A DNA stretch of 63,060 nucleotides from an uncultured Actinomycetes bacterium. GTDB lineage: Bacteria; Actinomycetota; Actinomycetes; Nanopelagicales; Nanopelagicaceae. Location of the stretch: the NCBI GenBank assembly GCA_903899375.1, contig CAIUIT010000081.1:1-63060 (forward strand), read 5' to 3'. Each line of letters starts with the position of its first letter. Positions within the stretch are counted from its first letter, which is position 1. The translations under genes and the position numbers were made by a program. Under the pieces are notes generated by a model. The model was not told where the DNA came from and did not search any database. It saw only the letters and a program-made list of their open reading frames with translations. Shown piece after piece: positions 51,368 through 59,107 of the stretch.

Positions 51368-52810
51368 ATGCGCAGAGCGAAAATAGTATGCACGATGGGT
51401 CCCGCGGTTGAATCGCCAGAGAAGGTAGCGGAGCTGATTGCTGCCGGCATGAATATGGCACGACTCAATCTCTCTCACGGTGGTTATGATGAACACCAAA
51501 ATCGACTCGACTTAGTGCGTGCTGCAGCATCTGCAGCAAAAGTTCCAGTTGCAATCCTGGTTGACCTGCAAGGTCCCAAGATACGTCTTGCTCGATTCAA
51601 AGATGGTCCACATGAATTAGCCCGTGGCGATATTTTTACAATCACTACCGATGAAGTAGAAGGCACAAAAGAGAGATGCGGCACCACGTATAAGGGCCTA
51701 GCGGGGGATTGCCGTCCTGGAGATCGCATTTTGATTGACGACGGCAAAGTGACGGTAGAAGTTGTTGAAGTAAATGGCAATGACGTCGTGACCAAAGTTA
51801 TTCAACCGGGATTTGTTAGCAATAATAAAGGTATCAACCTTCCTGGGGTCGCAGTTTCAGTACCTGCGCTCTCCGAGAAGGATATGGATGATCTGCGCTG
51901 GGGGCTGCGGGCCGGGGCTGATTTTATCGCGCTCTCCTTTGTGAGAAGCGCCAAAGATATTGATGATGTTCATCGTATTATGAACGAAGAAGGTATCCAT
52001 CGCCCAGTTATTGCCAAGATAGAGAAGCCACAAGCGGTAGATAATCTGGAAGAGATCGTTGCCGCATTCGATGGAATTATGGTTGCGCGAGGGGATCTCG
52101 GAGTTGAAATGCCAATCGAGGAGGTACCGCTGGTTCAAAAGCGTTGCATCTCTATGGCGCGTGCATCGGCTAAGCCGGTCATTGTTGCGACGCAGATGCT
52201 CGATTCCATGATCACAAATTCCAGTCCAACGCGCGCTGAAGCGACCGACTGCGCCAATGCGGTGCTCGATGGTGCCGATGCGCTGATGCTCAGCGGCGAA
52301 ACTTCCGTGGGAGCCTTCGCTATCGAAGCGGTCGCAACGATGGCTCGCATCATTGCACGTACCGAGGAGGCGATGCTCGATCAGATTGCACCACTTGGGC
52401 ACAATCCGGCAACTAAAGGTGGGGCGATAACCAAGGCTGCTAAGGAGGTCGGCGAAATTGTGGGCGCCAAGTACCTCGTGGCATTTACACAGAGTGGGGA
52501 TTCGGCTCGCCGTATCTCTCGCCTGCGATCAGTTATTCCCATTCTTGCCCTCACCCCTGAAGTTCCTGTTTTTAACCAGTTAGCCCTCTCGTGGGGAGTC
52601 GAATCGCAACTCATCGCTGTCGTCAGTCACACCGATGACATGGTGAAGCAGGTCGATGCACTTCTGATCGAATCTGGCCGCGTGGCCAAGGGCGAGCCGG
52701 TCGTGATTATCGCCGGTGCACCTCCAGGTATTCCGGGTTCTACAAATGCCCTTCGTGTCCATATTGTGGGGGATGCAATCGATGGCGTCGCTCCTGCATA
52801 TCGGAGCTAA
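51368..52810 (+). CDS. pyk: Pyruvate kinase
   Basis: MRRAKIVCTMGPA N-terminus, and MVARGDLGVE and ATQMLDSM motifs. Confidence 0.96.
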   Translation: MRRAKIVCTMGPAVESPEKVAELIAAGMNMARLNLSHGGYDEHQNRLDLVRAAASAAKVPVAILVDLQGPKIRLARFKDGPHELARGDIFTITTDEVEGTKERCGTTYKGLAGDCRPGDRILIDDGKVTVEVVEVNGNDVVTKVIQPGFVSNNKGINLPGVAVSVPALSEKDMDDLRWGLRAGADFIALSFVRSAKDIDDVHRIMNEEGIHRPVIAKIEKPQAVDNLEEIVAAFDGIMVARGDLGVEMPIEEVPLVQKRCISMARASAKPVIVATQMLDSMITNSSPTRAEATDCANAVLDGADALMLSGETSVGAFAIEAVATMARIIARTEEAMLDQIAPLGHNPATKGGAITKAAKEVGEIVGAKYLVAFTQSGDSARRISRLRSVIPILALTPEVPVFNQLALSWGVESQLIAVVSHTDDMVKQVDALLIESGRVAKGEPVVIIAGAPPGIPGSTNALRVHIVGDAIDGVAPAYRS

Positions 52811-52864
52811 TTTCATCCAGTTATACTCTGAACCTCTTGGCCATCTAATAGTGTCCAAGAGAGA

Positions 52865-52937
52865 GCCTCGGTACTCCAACGGTAGAGAGGGCAGACTCAA
52901 AATCTGCACAGTGTCGGTTCAAATCCGACTCGAGGCA
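52865..52937 (+). tRNA. 73-nt tRNA with anticodon CAA (Leu by anticodon) but a 5-nt variable region; CCA not encoded
   Basis: Hand-folded cloverleaf. Acceptor 52865-71/52930-36 has 6 Watson-Crick pairs plus one G-U, with U8. The D arm has a 3-bp CTC/GAG stem and a CAACGGTAGA loop. The anticodon stem is GCAGA/TCTGC and the loop is CTCAAAA. The variable region is ACAGT. The T arm is GTCGG-TTCAAAT-CCGAC. The discriminator is A52937. Confidence 0.85.
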
Positions 52938-52938
52938 C

Positions 52939-53550
52939 ATGATAAATCTTGAAGGCAAAGGAGCGTCCCAGAGCGTCCCGCTACGTATTCTTGTAGCCGA
53001 AGATGAGGCGATCATTCGCTTGGATCTCGTGGAGATGCTCACCGATGCGGGGTATCAGGTAGTAGCTGAAGCCAGCAATGGCGTTGAGGCGATTGCGCTC
53101 GCCAAGGAACATCTTCCAGATATTGCAATTTTAGATGTCAAAATGCCAGAACTTGATGGAATCTCTGCGGCAGAACAGATTATCGAAATCTCTCCAGTTC
53201 TTATGCTCACCGCCTTTAGCCAACGTGAACTCGTTGAGCGTGCTCGAGATGCGGGGGCGATGGCATATGTGGTCAAGCCCTTTAGCATCTCCGACCTGGT
53301 GCCTGCCATTGAAATTGCCGTGAGTCGCCATCGCGAACAGCAAGTACTGCGGGGAGAAGTGACCGATTTACAAGAGAGGCTCGAGACCCGCAAGGTTATC
53401 GATCGCGCCAAAGGGATTTTGATGAAGACCCTGAATCTCTCAGAACCCGAATCTTTTAGTTGGATTCAACGCACGGCTATGGATCGGCGTATCTCGATGA
53501 AGGCGGTCGCGCTCGCCGTCATCTCGCCCGATGCGGTCCCATTGAACTAA
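52939..53550 (+). CDS. pdtaR: Response regulator with receiver plus ANTAR RNA-binding output domain (PdtaR-like)
   Basis: The receiver domain has ILVAEDE and a phospho-acceptor Asp in AILDVKMPELDG. The C-terminal ANTAR helices read TRKVIDRAKGILM..AMDRRISMKAVA. The ATG at 52939 is the only canonical start upstream of the receiver domain. Confidence 0.88.
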   Translation: MINLEGKGASQSVPLRILVAEDEAIIRLDLVEMLTDAGYQVVAEASNGVEAIALAKEHLPDIAILDVKMPELDGISAAEQIIEISPVLMLTAFSQRELVERARDAGAMAYVVKPFSISDLVPAIEIAVSRHREQQVLRGEVTDLQERLETRKVIDRAKGILMKTLNLSEPESFSWIQRTAMDRRISMKAVALAVISPDAVPLN

Positions 53551-53757
53551 TGTCGCCACTGCGCACTGGTTAGATAACGATTTCATAACCTTTCAACACT
53601 GTAAGCCTAAATCTGGCTTTTGAGCGTAACCATCCATTGATTTAGCCGGTCATTTATTGAGACAAGACCATTTGCGCCTGTACAGTACCCCCACACAAAC
53701 CTCCCATGGGGATGTTACGTTCTCTTTTGGCGTAAACGATTGATATGAAAGGTAACC

Positions 53758-54924
53758 ATGAACCTCACTACTAAGCGCACCCTTGGTGTAGTAGCAGCAG
53801 CCGCCTTAGCACTTGGCTCTGTTGTTGCAACATCAGCTCAAGCTGCTCCTAAATCTGTAACACTCGTATTTCAAAATGCCGTCACAGGCCCAAATGCAGG
53901 TCTTGGTGCAGATGAGCTCCTTGGAGCCCAAACAGCCCTCTATGAGTACAACCAATCCAAGCCAGCTGTTCAAATTAAATTGGTCATGGCTGACGATGTT
54001 TCTGATGCTGCTACAGCATCTTCTGTTGCTGCCGGTATTGCAGGCAATGCAGCAGTAATCGGCGTAGTTGGATCATGTTGTTCCACCGCCACAAAGGCTT
54101 CATTCCCTGCCTACAAGTCTGGCCACCTAACAATTGTTTCTCCATCGGCTACTAACCCATCACTTACAGATCCTAAGCAGCCAAAGTCGAATGGTTTCCC
54201 ATTCTTCCACCGCGTTGTGCCAACGGATGCCTTCCAAGGTCTTGCACTTGCTCGCCTTGCAGTTAAGGGCGTTACAGCACCAAAGGTTTTCTACGTAGAT
54301 GACCAGAGCACATATGGTGTTGGACTGAAAGACACAACAGCTGCAGCTTTGGTAAAGGCTGGCGTCACAATTTCTGGTAAGGACTCAGTACCAGCAGGCA
54401 CCGCGGATTACTCATCGACAGCTTCAAAGGTGATCTCATCTAAGGCAAATGTCGTTGTTTACTTCGGTTACTACGCAGGCGCTGCGGCATTCAAGAAGGC
54501 CATTGACTTGGCTGGATTCAAGGGCACTTATGCTTCTGGAGATGGAACTCTCGATGGCGGTTTCATCACACAGGCTGGTAAGTCAGATGCAGAAGGAACT
54601 CTCATCACAGCTCCTACAGTTCCATTTGAACTTGCTGCCTCTGCTGCTGTCCTTGCTGATTTCACCAAGGCAACAGGCGTTGCAAGCCCAAGCGGCCACG
54701 CATATGTAACTGAGACATACGATTCCATCAATGTCTTCATTCAATGCATCAAAGAAGGTCACTACACACGCTCATCTATCCAGAACTGTGTACAGAACGA
54801 AACTTTCACCAGCATCAAGGGTTCAAAGTTCTCATTCACACGTTATGGTGATGTAAGCGGCGGAGCTCCAGTAGGCGCATTCACCATCAAGAATGGTGAA
54901 ATTAGCTACCTAGGAAACGCATAA
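53758..54924 (+). CDS. Branched-chain amino acid type ABC transporter substrate-binding protein (LivK/LivJ-like)
   Basis: 388 aa with a Sec signal peptide ending AQA and a type-I periplasmic binding fold. It is followed by livHMGF-type genes. Confidence 0.85.
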   Translation: MNLTTKRTLGVVAAAALALGSVVATSAQAAPKSVTLVFQNAVTGPNAGLGADELLGAQTALYEYNQSKPAVQIKLVMADDVSDAATASSVAAGIAGNAAVIGVVGSCCSTATKASFPAYKSGHLTIVSPSATNPSLTDPKQPKSNGFPFFHRVVPTDAFQGLALARLAVKGVTAPKVFYVDDQSTYGVGLKDTTAAALVKAGVTISGKDSVPAGTADYSSTASKVISSKANVVVYFGYYAGAAAFKKAIDLAGFKGTYASGDGTLDGGFITQAGKSDAEGTLITAPTVPFELAASAAVLADFTKATGVASPSGHAYVTETYDSINVFIQCIKEGHYTRSSIQNCVQNETFTSIKGSKFSFTRYGDVSGGAPVGAFTIKNGEISYLGNA

Positions 54925-54950
54925 CTCTTAGCCTGATTTTGGCATAAGAG
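54925..54950 (+). terminator. Hairpin immediately after the binding-protein gene (possible attenuator or partial terminator)
   Basis: CTCTTAGCC (54925-33) pairs with GGC-A-TAAGAG (54941-50), giving 9 bp with one bulged A and the loop TGATTTT. Confidence 0.35.
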
Positions 54951-54976
54951 AGTTCTACAAAGAGTAGTAAAGGTTG

Positions 54977-55009
54977 GTTGGGTGTTCCTCGATAAGAGGG
55001 GCACCCAAC
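54977..55009 (+). terminator. Second, stronger hairpin in the livK-livH spacer
   Basis: GTTGGGTG (54977-84) pairs perfectly with CACCCAAC (55002-09). An inner CCTC/GAGG helix extends the stem. It is followed by TTATCTAT. Confidence 0.4.
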
Positions 55010-55086
55010 TTATCTATAGTAGGAACTACTGTGTTCTTACTTGTATATAGATTTGTCTTCCTACCGGTGCTTAACAGAAGGATTCC

Positions 55087-56040
55087 ATGAACTTTTCAGT
55101 GGTCCAGTCTCAGTTCTTTCCGCTATTAATCAATGGATTGGCCCTCGGTTTTATCTACGTGTTGATCTCCGTTGGATACACGATGGTTTACGGAGTACTT
55201 CGCCTCATCAACTTTGCCAACTCTGAAATCTTTATGCTGGGAACCTTTGCCACAATAATCGTCTCACGCACTGTATTTAAATTTGATATTAACTCGCAGC
55301 CAAGTCATGGTATGAAGTTATTGATCGTTCTTCTTTGTTGCCTTCTTGCTGCAATGTTAACTTCCGGTGTCGTCGCCGTATTGGTTGAATTAGTCGCCTA
55401 TCGTCGCCTTCGTTCAAGAGGCACAAACCGCCTCGGTTCATTGATCTCTGCAATTGGAACATCAATCGTGCTCTCTGAGGGAGTCCGATTGCTGACTCAC
55501 TCGCTTCCCGAATCAAGCCCTCGGGTACTCTCCAAATTTTATATCTTTACCATCCATGGAGTTGGGTTACGCATTGACCAATTCTTGGTGATCATCTCAG
55601 GAGCCCTCTTCTTCTTTGCCGTTGACCGCTTTGTAAAGCTCACGCGAATCGGTAAGGCCATCCGCGCAGTATCCATGAGTGAAGAAAATTCTCGCTTGAT
55701 GGGAATTAACTTGAATAGAGTTATCTCTATAACATTCTTGGTCGGTGGCTTGGTTACGGGTGCCGCAGCTTTCCTTTACGAAACTGTATATGAAACTACC
55801 GTCTTTAACGTTGGATTCAATCTTGGAATCGCAGCTTTCACCGCTGCCGTACTCGGGGGAATCGGTAATTTACGTGGTGCGTTCTATGGAGGCCTGACCC
55901 TCGGTCTGGCTGAAGAATTCTTCTCTGCGGTACTTGGTACACAATGGAAAGAAGTCACGGTCTTCGTGGTACTGGTTTTGGTACTACTTGTCAGACCAAA
56001 TGGACTCTTTGGCGAAGCCATTCAACAGAGTCGGGTATAG
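55087..56040 (+). CDS. livH: Branched-chain amino acid ABC transporter permease
   Basis: 317 aa polytopic LivH-type permease (GLALGFIYVLISVGYTMVYG, GGIGNLRGA). Confidence 0.88.
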   Translation: MNFSVVQSQFFPLLINGLALGFIYVLISVGYTMVYGVLRLINFANSEIFMLGTFATIIVSRTVFKFDINSQPSHGMKLLIVLLCCLLAAMLTSGVVAVLVELVAYRRLRSRGTNRLGSLISAIGTSIVLSEGVRLLTHSLPESSPRVLSKFYIFTIHGVGLRIDQFLVIISGALFFFAVDRFVKLTRIGKAIRAVSMSEENSRLMGINLNRVISITFLVGGLVTGAAAFLYETVYETTVFNVGFNLGIAAFTAAVLGGIGNLRGAFYGGLTLGLAEEFFSAVLGTQWKEVTVFVVLVLVLLVRPNGLFGEAIQQSRV

Positions 56041-56048
56041 GGGATAAC

Positions 56049-57140
56049 ATGTTAAATTTGAGAGATAAAGGCGCACAGCTCTGGGAAGACTGGAACCGTC
56101 CAAAACGCGTAGCTTTCGCATTAATCATGATCTTTGGAGTATTTCTCCTTCCCTATGCAGGTGATTTTTCATTCACCAGTATTTTGAATACGCCGATCGC
56201 TTCCTACCAAGCGATTCTGGTCTACCCCGTTGGCATGTACATTTTGATGGCGCTAGGCCTCAATATCGTCGTCGGAAAGAGTGGGCTCCTAGATCTTGGT
56301 TACGTTGCCTTCTTCGCGATCGGTGCGTATACGGCCGCGATTCTCGGTACCAAGACAACGTTAAATATCTGGGAAATTTTGCCGATGGGAATGGGCTTCG
56401 CTATGTTGGCGGGGGTATTACTTGGTATTCCGACCCTTCGATTGCGCGGAGATTACCTTGCAATCGTGACTCTTGGTTTTGGTGAGATTGTTCGAATAGC
56501 GGTTCTCAACACCAACTCTATTGGGGGGCCGAATGGAATCCCTGGAGTTCCAAATCCTCCTTCCATCTTGGGCCAGTCATTCGATTTAGCCAATCCAGCA
56601 CACTTCTTCTGGATAGTTGTTGTGATGATTCTCTTTGTCATCTGGATGGTCCGCCGGTTATCTATCCGCCGCCCAGGTCGAGCTTGGGAAGCTATCCGCC
56701 AAGACGAGGATGTTGCGATTTTGATGGGCGTTCCCACACTTCGTTACAAAATTTGGTCCTTTAGTATCGGCGCCGCTGTAGGTGGAGCGGCTGGAGTTAT
56801 TTTCGCCTCCCAGCAGATGCTTGTTGCTCCTCAGACCTTTACATTCAACGTATCTGTCTTAATTCTTTCCTGTGTCGTCTTCGGCGGTATGGGAAATATT
56901 TGGGGAGTCGTACTGGGAGCCACGATCCTCTCGTACTTCCCAGAACGTATCCGCTTTATCTCCAGCGCTCGTCAACTGGTCTTCGGCTTAGCGCTGATCA
57001 TCACTATGAACCTGCGACCAGATGGGCTCTTGCCGCGTAAGAAGCGTGAGCACTTGTCCCTCGAGGAGCGCGAAGCTGCCAAGGCTGCCAAGGCGGCCCT
57101 CAAGCAGGCCAAGAAGTTGAATTCGGGGGCAAGCAAATGA
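56049..57140 (+). CDS. livM: Branched-chain amino acid ABC transporter permease
   Basis: LivM-type permease (LLDLGYVAFFAIGAYT, LRGDYLAIVTLGFGEI). The ATG at 56049 follows the livH stop. The listed 55944 start would add a non-membrane extension that overlaps livH. Confidence 0.88.
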   Translation: MLNLRDKGAQLWEDWNRPKRVAFALIMIFGVFLLPYAGDFSFTSILNTPIASYQAILVYPVGMYILMALGLNIVVGKSGLLDLGYVAFFAIGAYTAAILGTKTTLNIWEILPMGMGFAMLAGVLLGIPTLRLRGDYLAIVTLGFGEIVRIAVLNTNSIGGPNGIPGVPNPPSILGQSFDLANPAHFFWIVVVMILFVIWMVRRLSIRRPGRAWEAIRQDEDVAILMGVPTLRYKIWSFSIGAAVGGAAGVIFASQQMLVAPQTFTFNVSVLILSCVVFGGMGNIWGVVLGATILSYFPERIRFISSARQLVFGLALIITMNLRPDGLLPRKKREHLSLEEREAAKAAKAALKQAKKLNSGASK

Positions 57141-57916
57141 GTACTGAGCGGGTTCTAGATTTGCAGAATGTGACCATGCGATTTGGTGGGGTCTCAGCTC
57201 TCAATAAGGTTGATTTTCATGTGAATAAGGGCGAGATTGCGGCGTTGATTGGACCCAACGGAGCAGGTAAGACGACCGTGTTCAATGTTGTTACTGGTGT
57301 TTATCGAATCACTGACGGTGATATCAAATTCAAAGGCGAGAGCATTGTTGGTATGAAGCGGCACCAGATCACAAAATTGGGTATCGCCCGCACCTTTCAA
57401 AACGTTCGACTCTTTGGTGAAATGACAGCCCTTGAAAATGTACTTACTGCTTCTGATGTACATAAAAAGTCGGGTCTGGTTGGAGCGCTCTTTGGCCTAC
57501 CTAAAGCGCGCCATGAAGAGAAGGCCGATCGTGAGCGAGCTATGGAGATACTGGACTTTATAGGTATCGCGCAACATGCAGATCGCCTTGGCAAGAATTT
57601 GCCTTACGGTGATCAACGACGCTTAGAGATTGCGCGTGCGCTGGGAACTTCTCCAGAGTTATTGCTCCTCGATGAGCCGGCTGCAGGATTTAACCCCGCT
57701 GAAAAGGTAGAGCTAGCGGCGACGATCCGAAAGATTCGCGATGCTGGTTACACCGTATTGCTTATCGAGCACGACATGTCGCTCATTATGGGAATCTCAG
57801 ATCGCGTCTCAGTGCTCGATTTTGGCGAGAAGATCGCTGATGACATCCCGTCAAAGGTTCAGAACGATCCAAAGGTGATCGAGGCATATTTAGGAGTACC
57901 AGCAGATGCATCTTGA
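57137..57916 (+). CDS. livG: Branched-chain amino acid ABC transporter ATP-binding protein
   Basis: Walker A (GPNGAGKTT), signature-like YGDQRRLEIARAL, Walker B (LLLDEPAAG), and C-terminal PKVIEAYLG. Confidence 0.9.
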   Translation: MSTERVLDLQNVTMRFGGVSALNKVDFHVNKGEIAALIGPNGAGKTTVFNVVTGVYRITDGDIKFKGESIVGMKRHQITKLGIARTFQNVRLFGEMTALENVLTASDVHKKSGLVGALFGLPKARHEEKADRERAMEILDFIGIAQHADRLGKNLPYGDQRRLEIARALGTSPELLLLDEPAAGFNPAEKVELAATIRKIRDAGYTVLLIEHDMSLIMGISDRVSVLDFGEKIADDIPSKVQNDPKVIEAYLGVPADAS

Positions 57917-58634
57917 AATCAAGGATCTTCACGTCCACTACGGCAAGATCGAAGCCATTAAAGGCATTAGCGTTGTCGTAGAGCAGGGCGAAATTGTCAC
58001 CTTGATCGGGGCAAATGGCGCGGGTAAAACAACCACCTTAAAAACGATCTCTGGTTTGCGTAAGGTAACTGGAGGCTCGATCTTTTTTGATGGCCAAGAC
58101 ATCTCCAATCTGCCAGCGCATGAACGTGTAGAAATGGGAATCTCGCAAGTACCTGAAGGTCGAGGCATATTCCCGGGGATGACCGTTCTGGAGAATTTGG
58201 AAATTGGTAAATACTTCCGAAAGAATCGTGGAGCCGAGATGGCGGAAGATTTAGATCGCGTCTACACGCTCTTCCCTCGACTCAAAGAGCGAACGGGTCA
58301 GAGCGGCGGAACTTTGTCTGGCGGAGAGCAGCAGATGCTTGCAATTGGCCGCGGCTTAATGGCTCGTCCAAAAGTTCTACTTCTTGATGAACCGTCAATG
58401 GGTCTTGCTCCAATGATGATTCAAAACATCTTTAACATTATTACCGAGATCAACAAGTCGGGCACAACGATCTTGTTAGTAGAACAGAATGCACAGCAGG
58501 CGCTGCAGCGCGCTGACCGCGCCTATGTTTTAGAGACAGGCAAAGTTGTTAAAGAGGCCAAGGCTTCCGATCTACTCAACGATCCAGCGGTTCGTGCCGC
58601 ATACCTCGGCACTGGTGCCGAACACGCTGTTTGA
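57906..58634 (+). CDS. livF: Branched-chain amino acid ABC transporter ATP-binding protein
   Basis: Walker A (GANGAGKTT), LSGGEQQML, LLLDEPSMGLAP, and C-terminal VRAAYLG. Confidence 0.9.
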   Translation: MHLEIKDLHVHYGKIEAIKGISVVVEQGEIVTLIGANGAGKTTTLKTISGLRKVTGGSIFFDGQDISNLPAHERVEMGISQVPEGRGIFPGMTVLENLEIGKYFRKNRGAEMAEDLDRVYTLFPRLKERTGQSGGTLSGGEQQMLAIGRGLMARPKVLLLDEPSMGLAPMMIQNIFNIITEINKSGTTILLVEQNAQQALQRADRAYVLETGKVVKEAKASDLLNDPAVRAAYLGTGAEHAV

Positions 58635-58657
58635 TCAAGTTCCTATTAAGTTAGAAA

Positions 58658-59059
58658 TTAAGAGCTTAGGATCAAGCTGGTGATGCGCGCCGTGCATGTT
58701 CGTTCGCCAGCTTCATTTGATATTACAATTTCGTAGCAAGCCAGTGTTCGACCTCTAGAGACTGGCGTAGCGACCCCAGTTACTATCCCGCTCCGCGCAG
58801 GCTTGTGGTGAGTGGCATTGATATCCACGCCTACTGTTTGCTTCGAACCACCGGCGTGCAACCAGGCGCCGAGGGAACCCAATAATTCTGCGAGCACAAC
58901 ATTTGCACCACCGTGTAGCAGGCCAAAGGCTTGGGTATTAGTCTCGACCGGCATGGTGCCAACGATCCGTTCTGGGGAGGCTTCAATAATCTTGATACCC
59001 ATCTTGTGATCCAGAGCCCCGATGCCGCGTTCGTTAATCATTTTTAGATAGTCGCTCAT
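58658..59059 (-). CDS. Hotdog-fold acyl-CoA thioesterase (PaaI/YbdB-like)
   Basis: 133 aa with a LHGGANVVLAE motif and the typical length of single-hotdog PaaI-family thioesterases. Confidence 0.75.
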   Translation of the reverse strand: MSDYLKMINERGIGALDHKMGIKIIEASPERIVGTMPVETNTQAFGLLHGGANVVLAELLGSLGAWLHAGGSKQTVGVDINATHHKPARSGIVTGVATPVSRGRTLACYEIVISNEAGERTCTARITSLILSS

Positions 59060-59107
59060 GGCGTTATCTTAACGCCACGCGCACAAAATCACCCTAGAAT
59101 CATAGGA

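Noticed and set aside
51281-51499. 72-aa minus-strand ORF across the pyk start. The same judgement applies to many other 60-130-aa ORFs in the track that overlap confident genes.
   Set aside because: These ORFs lie wholly or largely inside well-supported genes on the opposite strand or in another frame. They have no motifs and show biased composition, so I treat them as chance ORFs.
52865-52937. Reading the tRNA on the minus strand as tRNA-Gln (anticodon TTG)
   Set aside because: On the minus strand the would-be T loop is TACCGTTGGA (no TTC) and the would-be D loop is ATTTGAA (no GG). Only the plus strand has G18G19 in the D loop and a TTCAAAT T loop.
53551-53757. ANTAR dual-hairpin target in the 207-nt liv leader, downstream of the ANTAR regulator gene
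   Set aside because: I found only weak 4-5 bp stems, such as AAGCC/GGCTT at 53603-53619, and two unrelated 8-nt palindromes (CTGTACAG, CCCATGGG). There is no pair of adjacent hairpins with A..G hexaloops.
55944-56048. N-terminal extension of the livM ORF into livH
   Set aside because: The extension (MERSHGLRGTGFGTTCQTKW..) overlaps the 3' end of livH in another frame and has no family resemblance. The ATG at 56049, directly after the livH stop, gives a typical LivM N-terminus.
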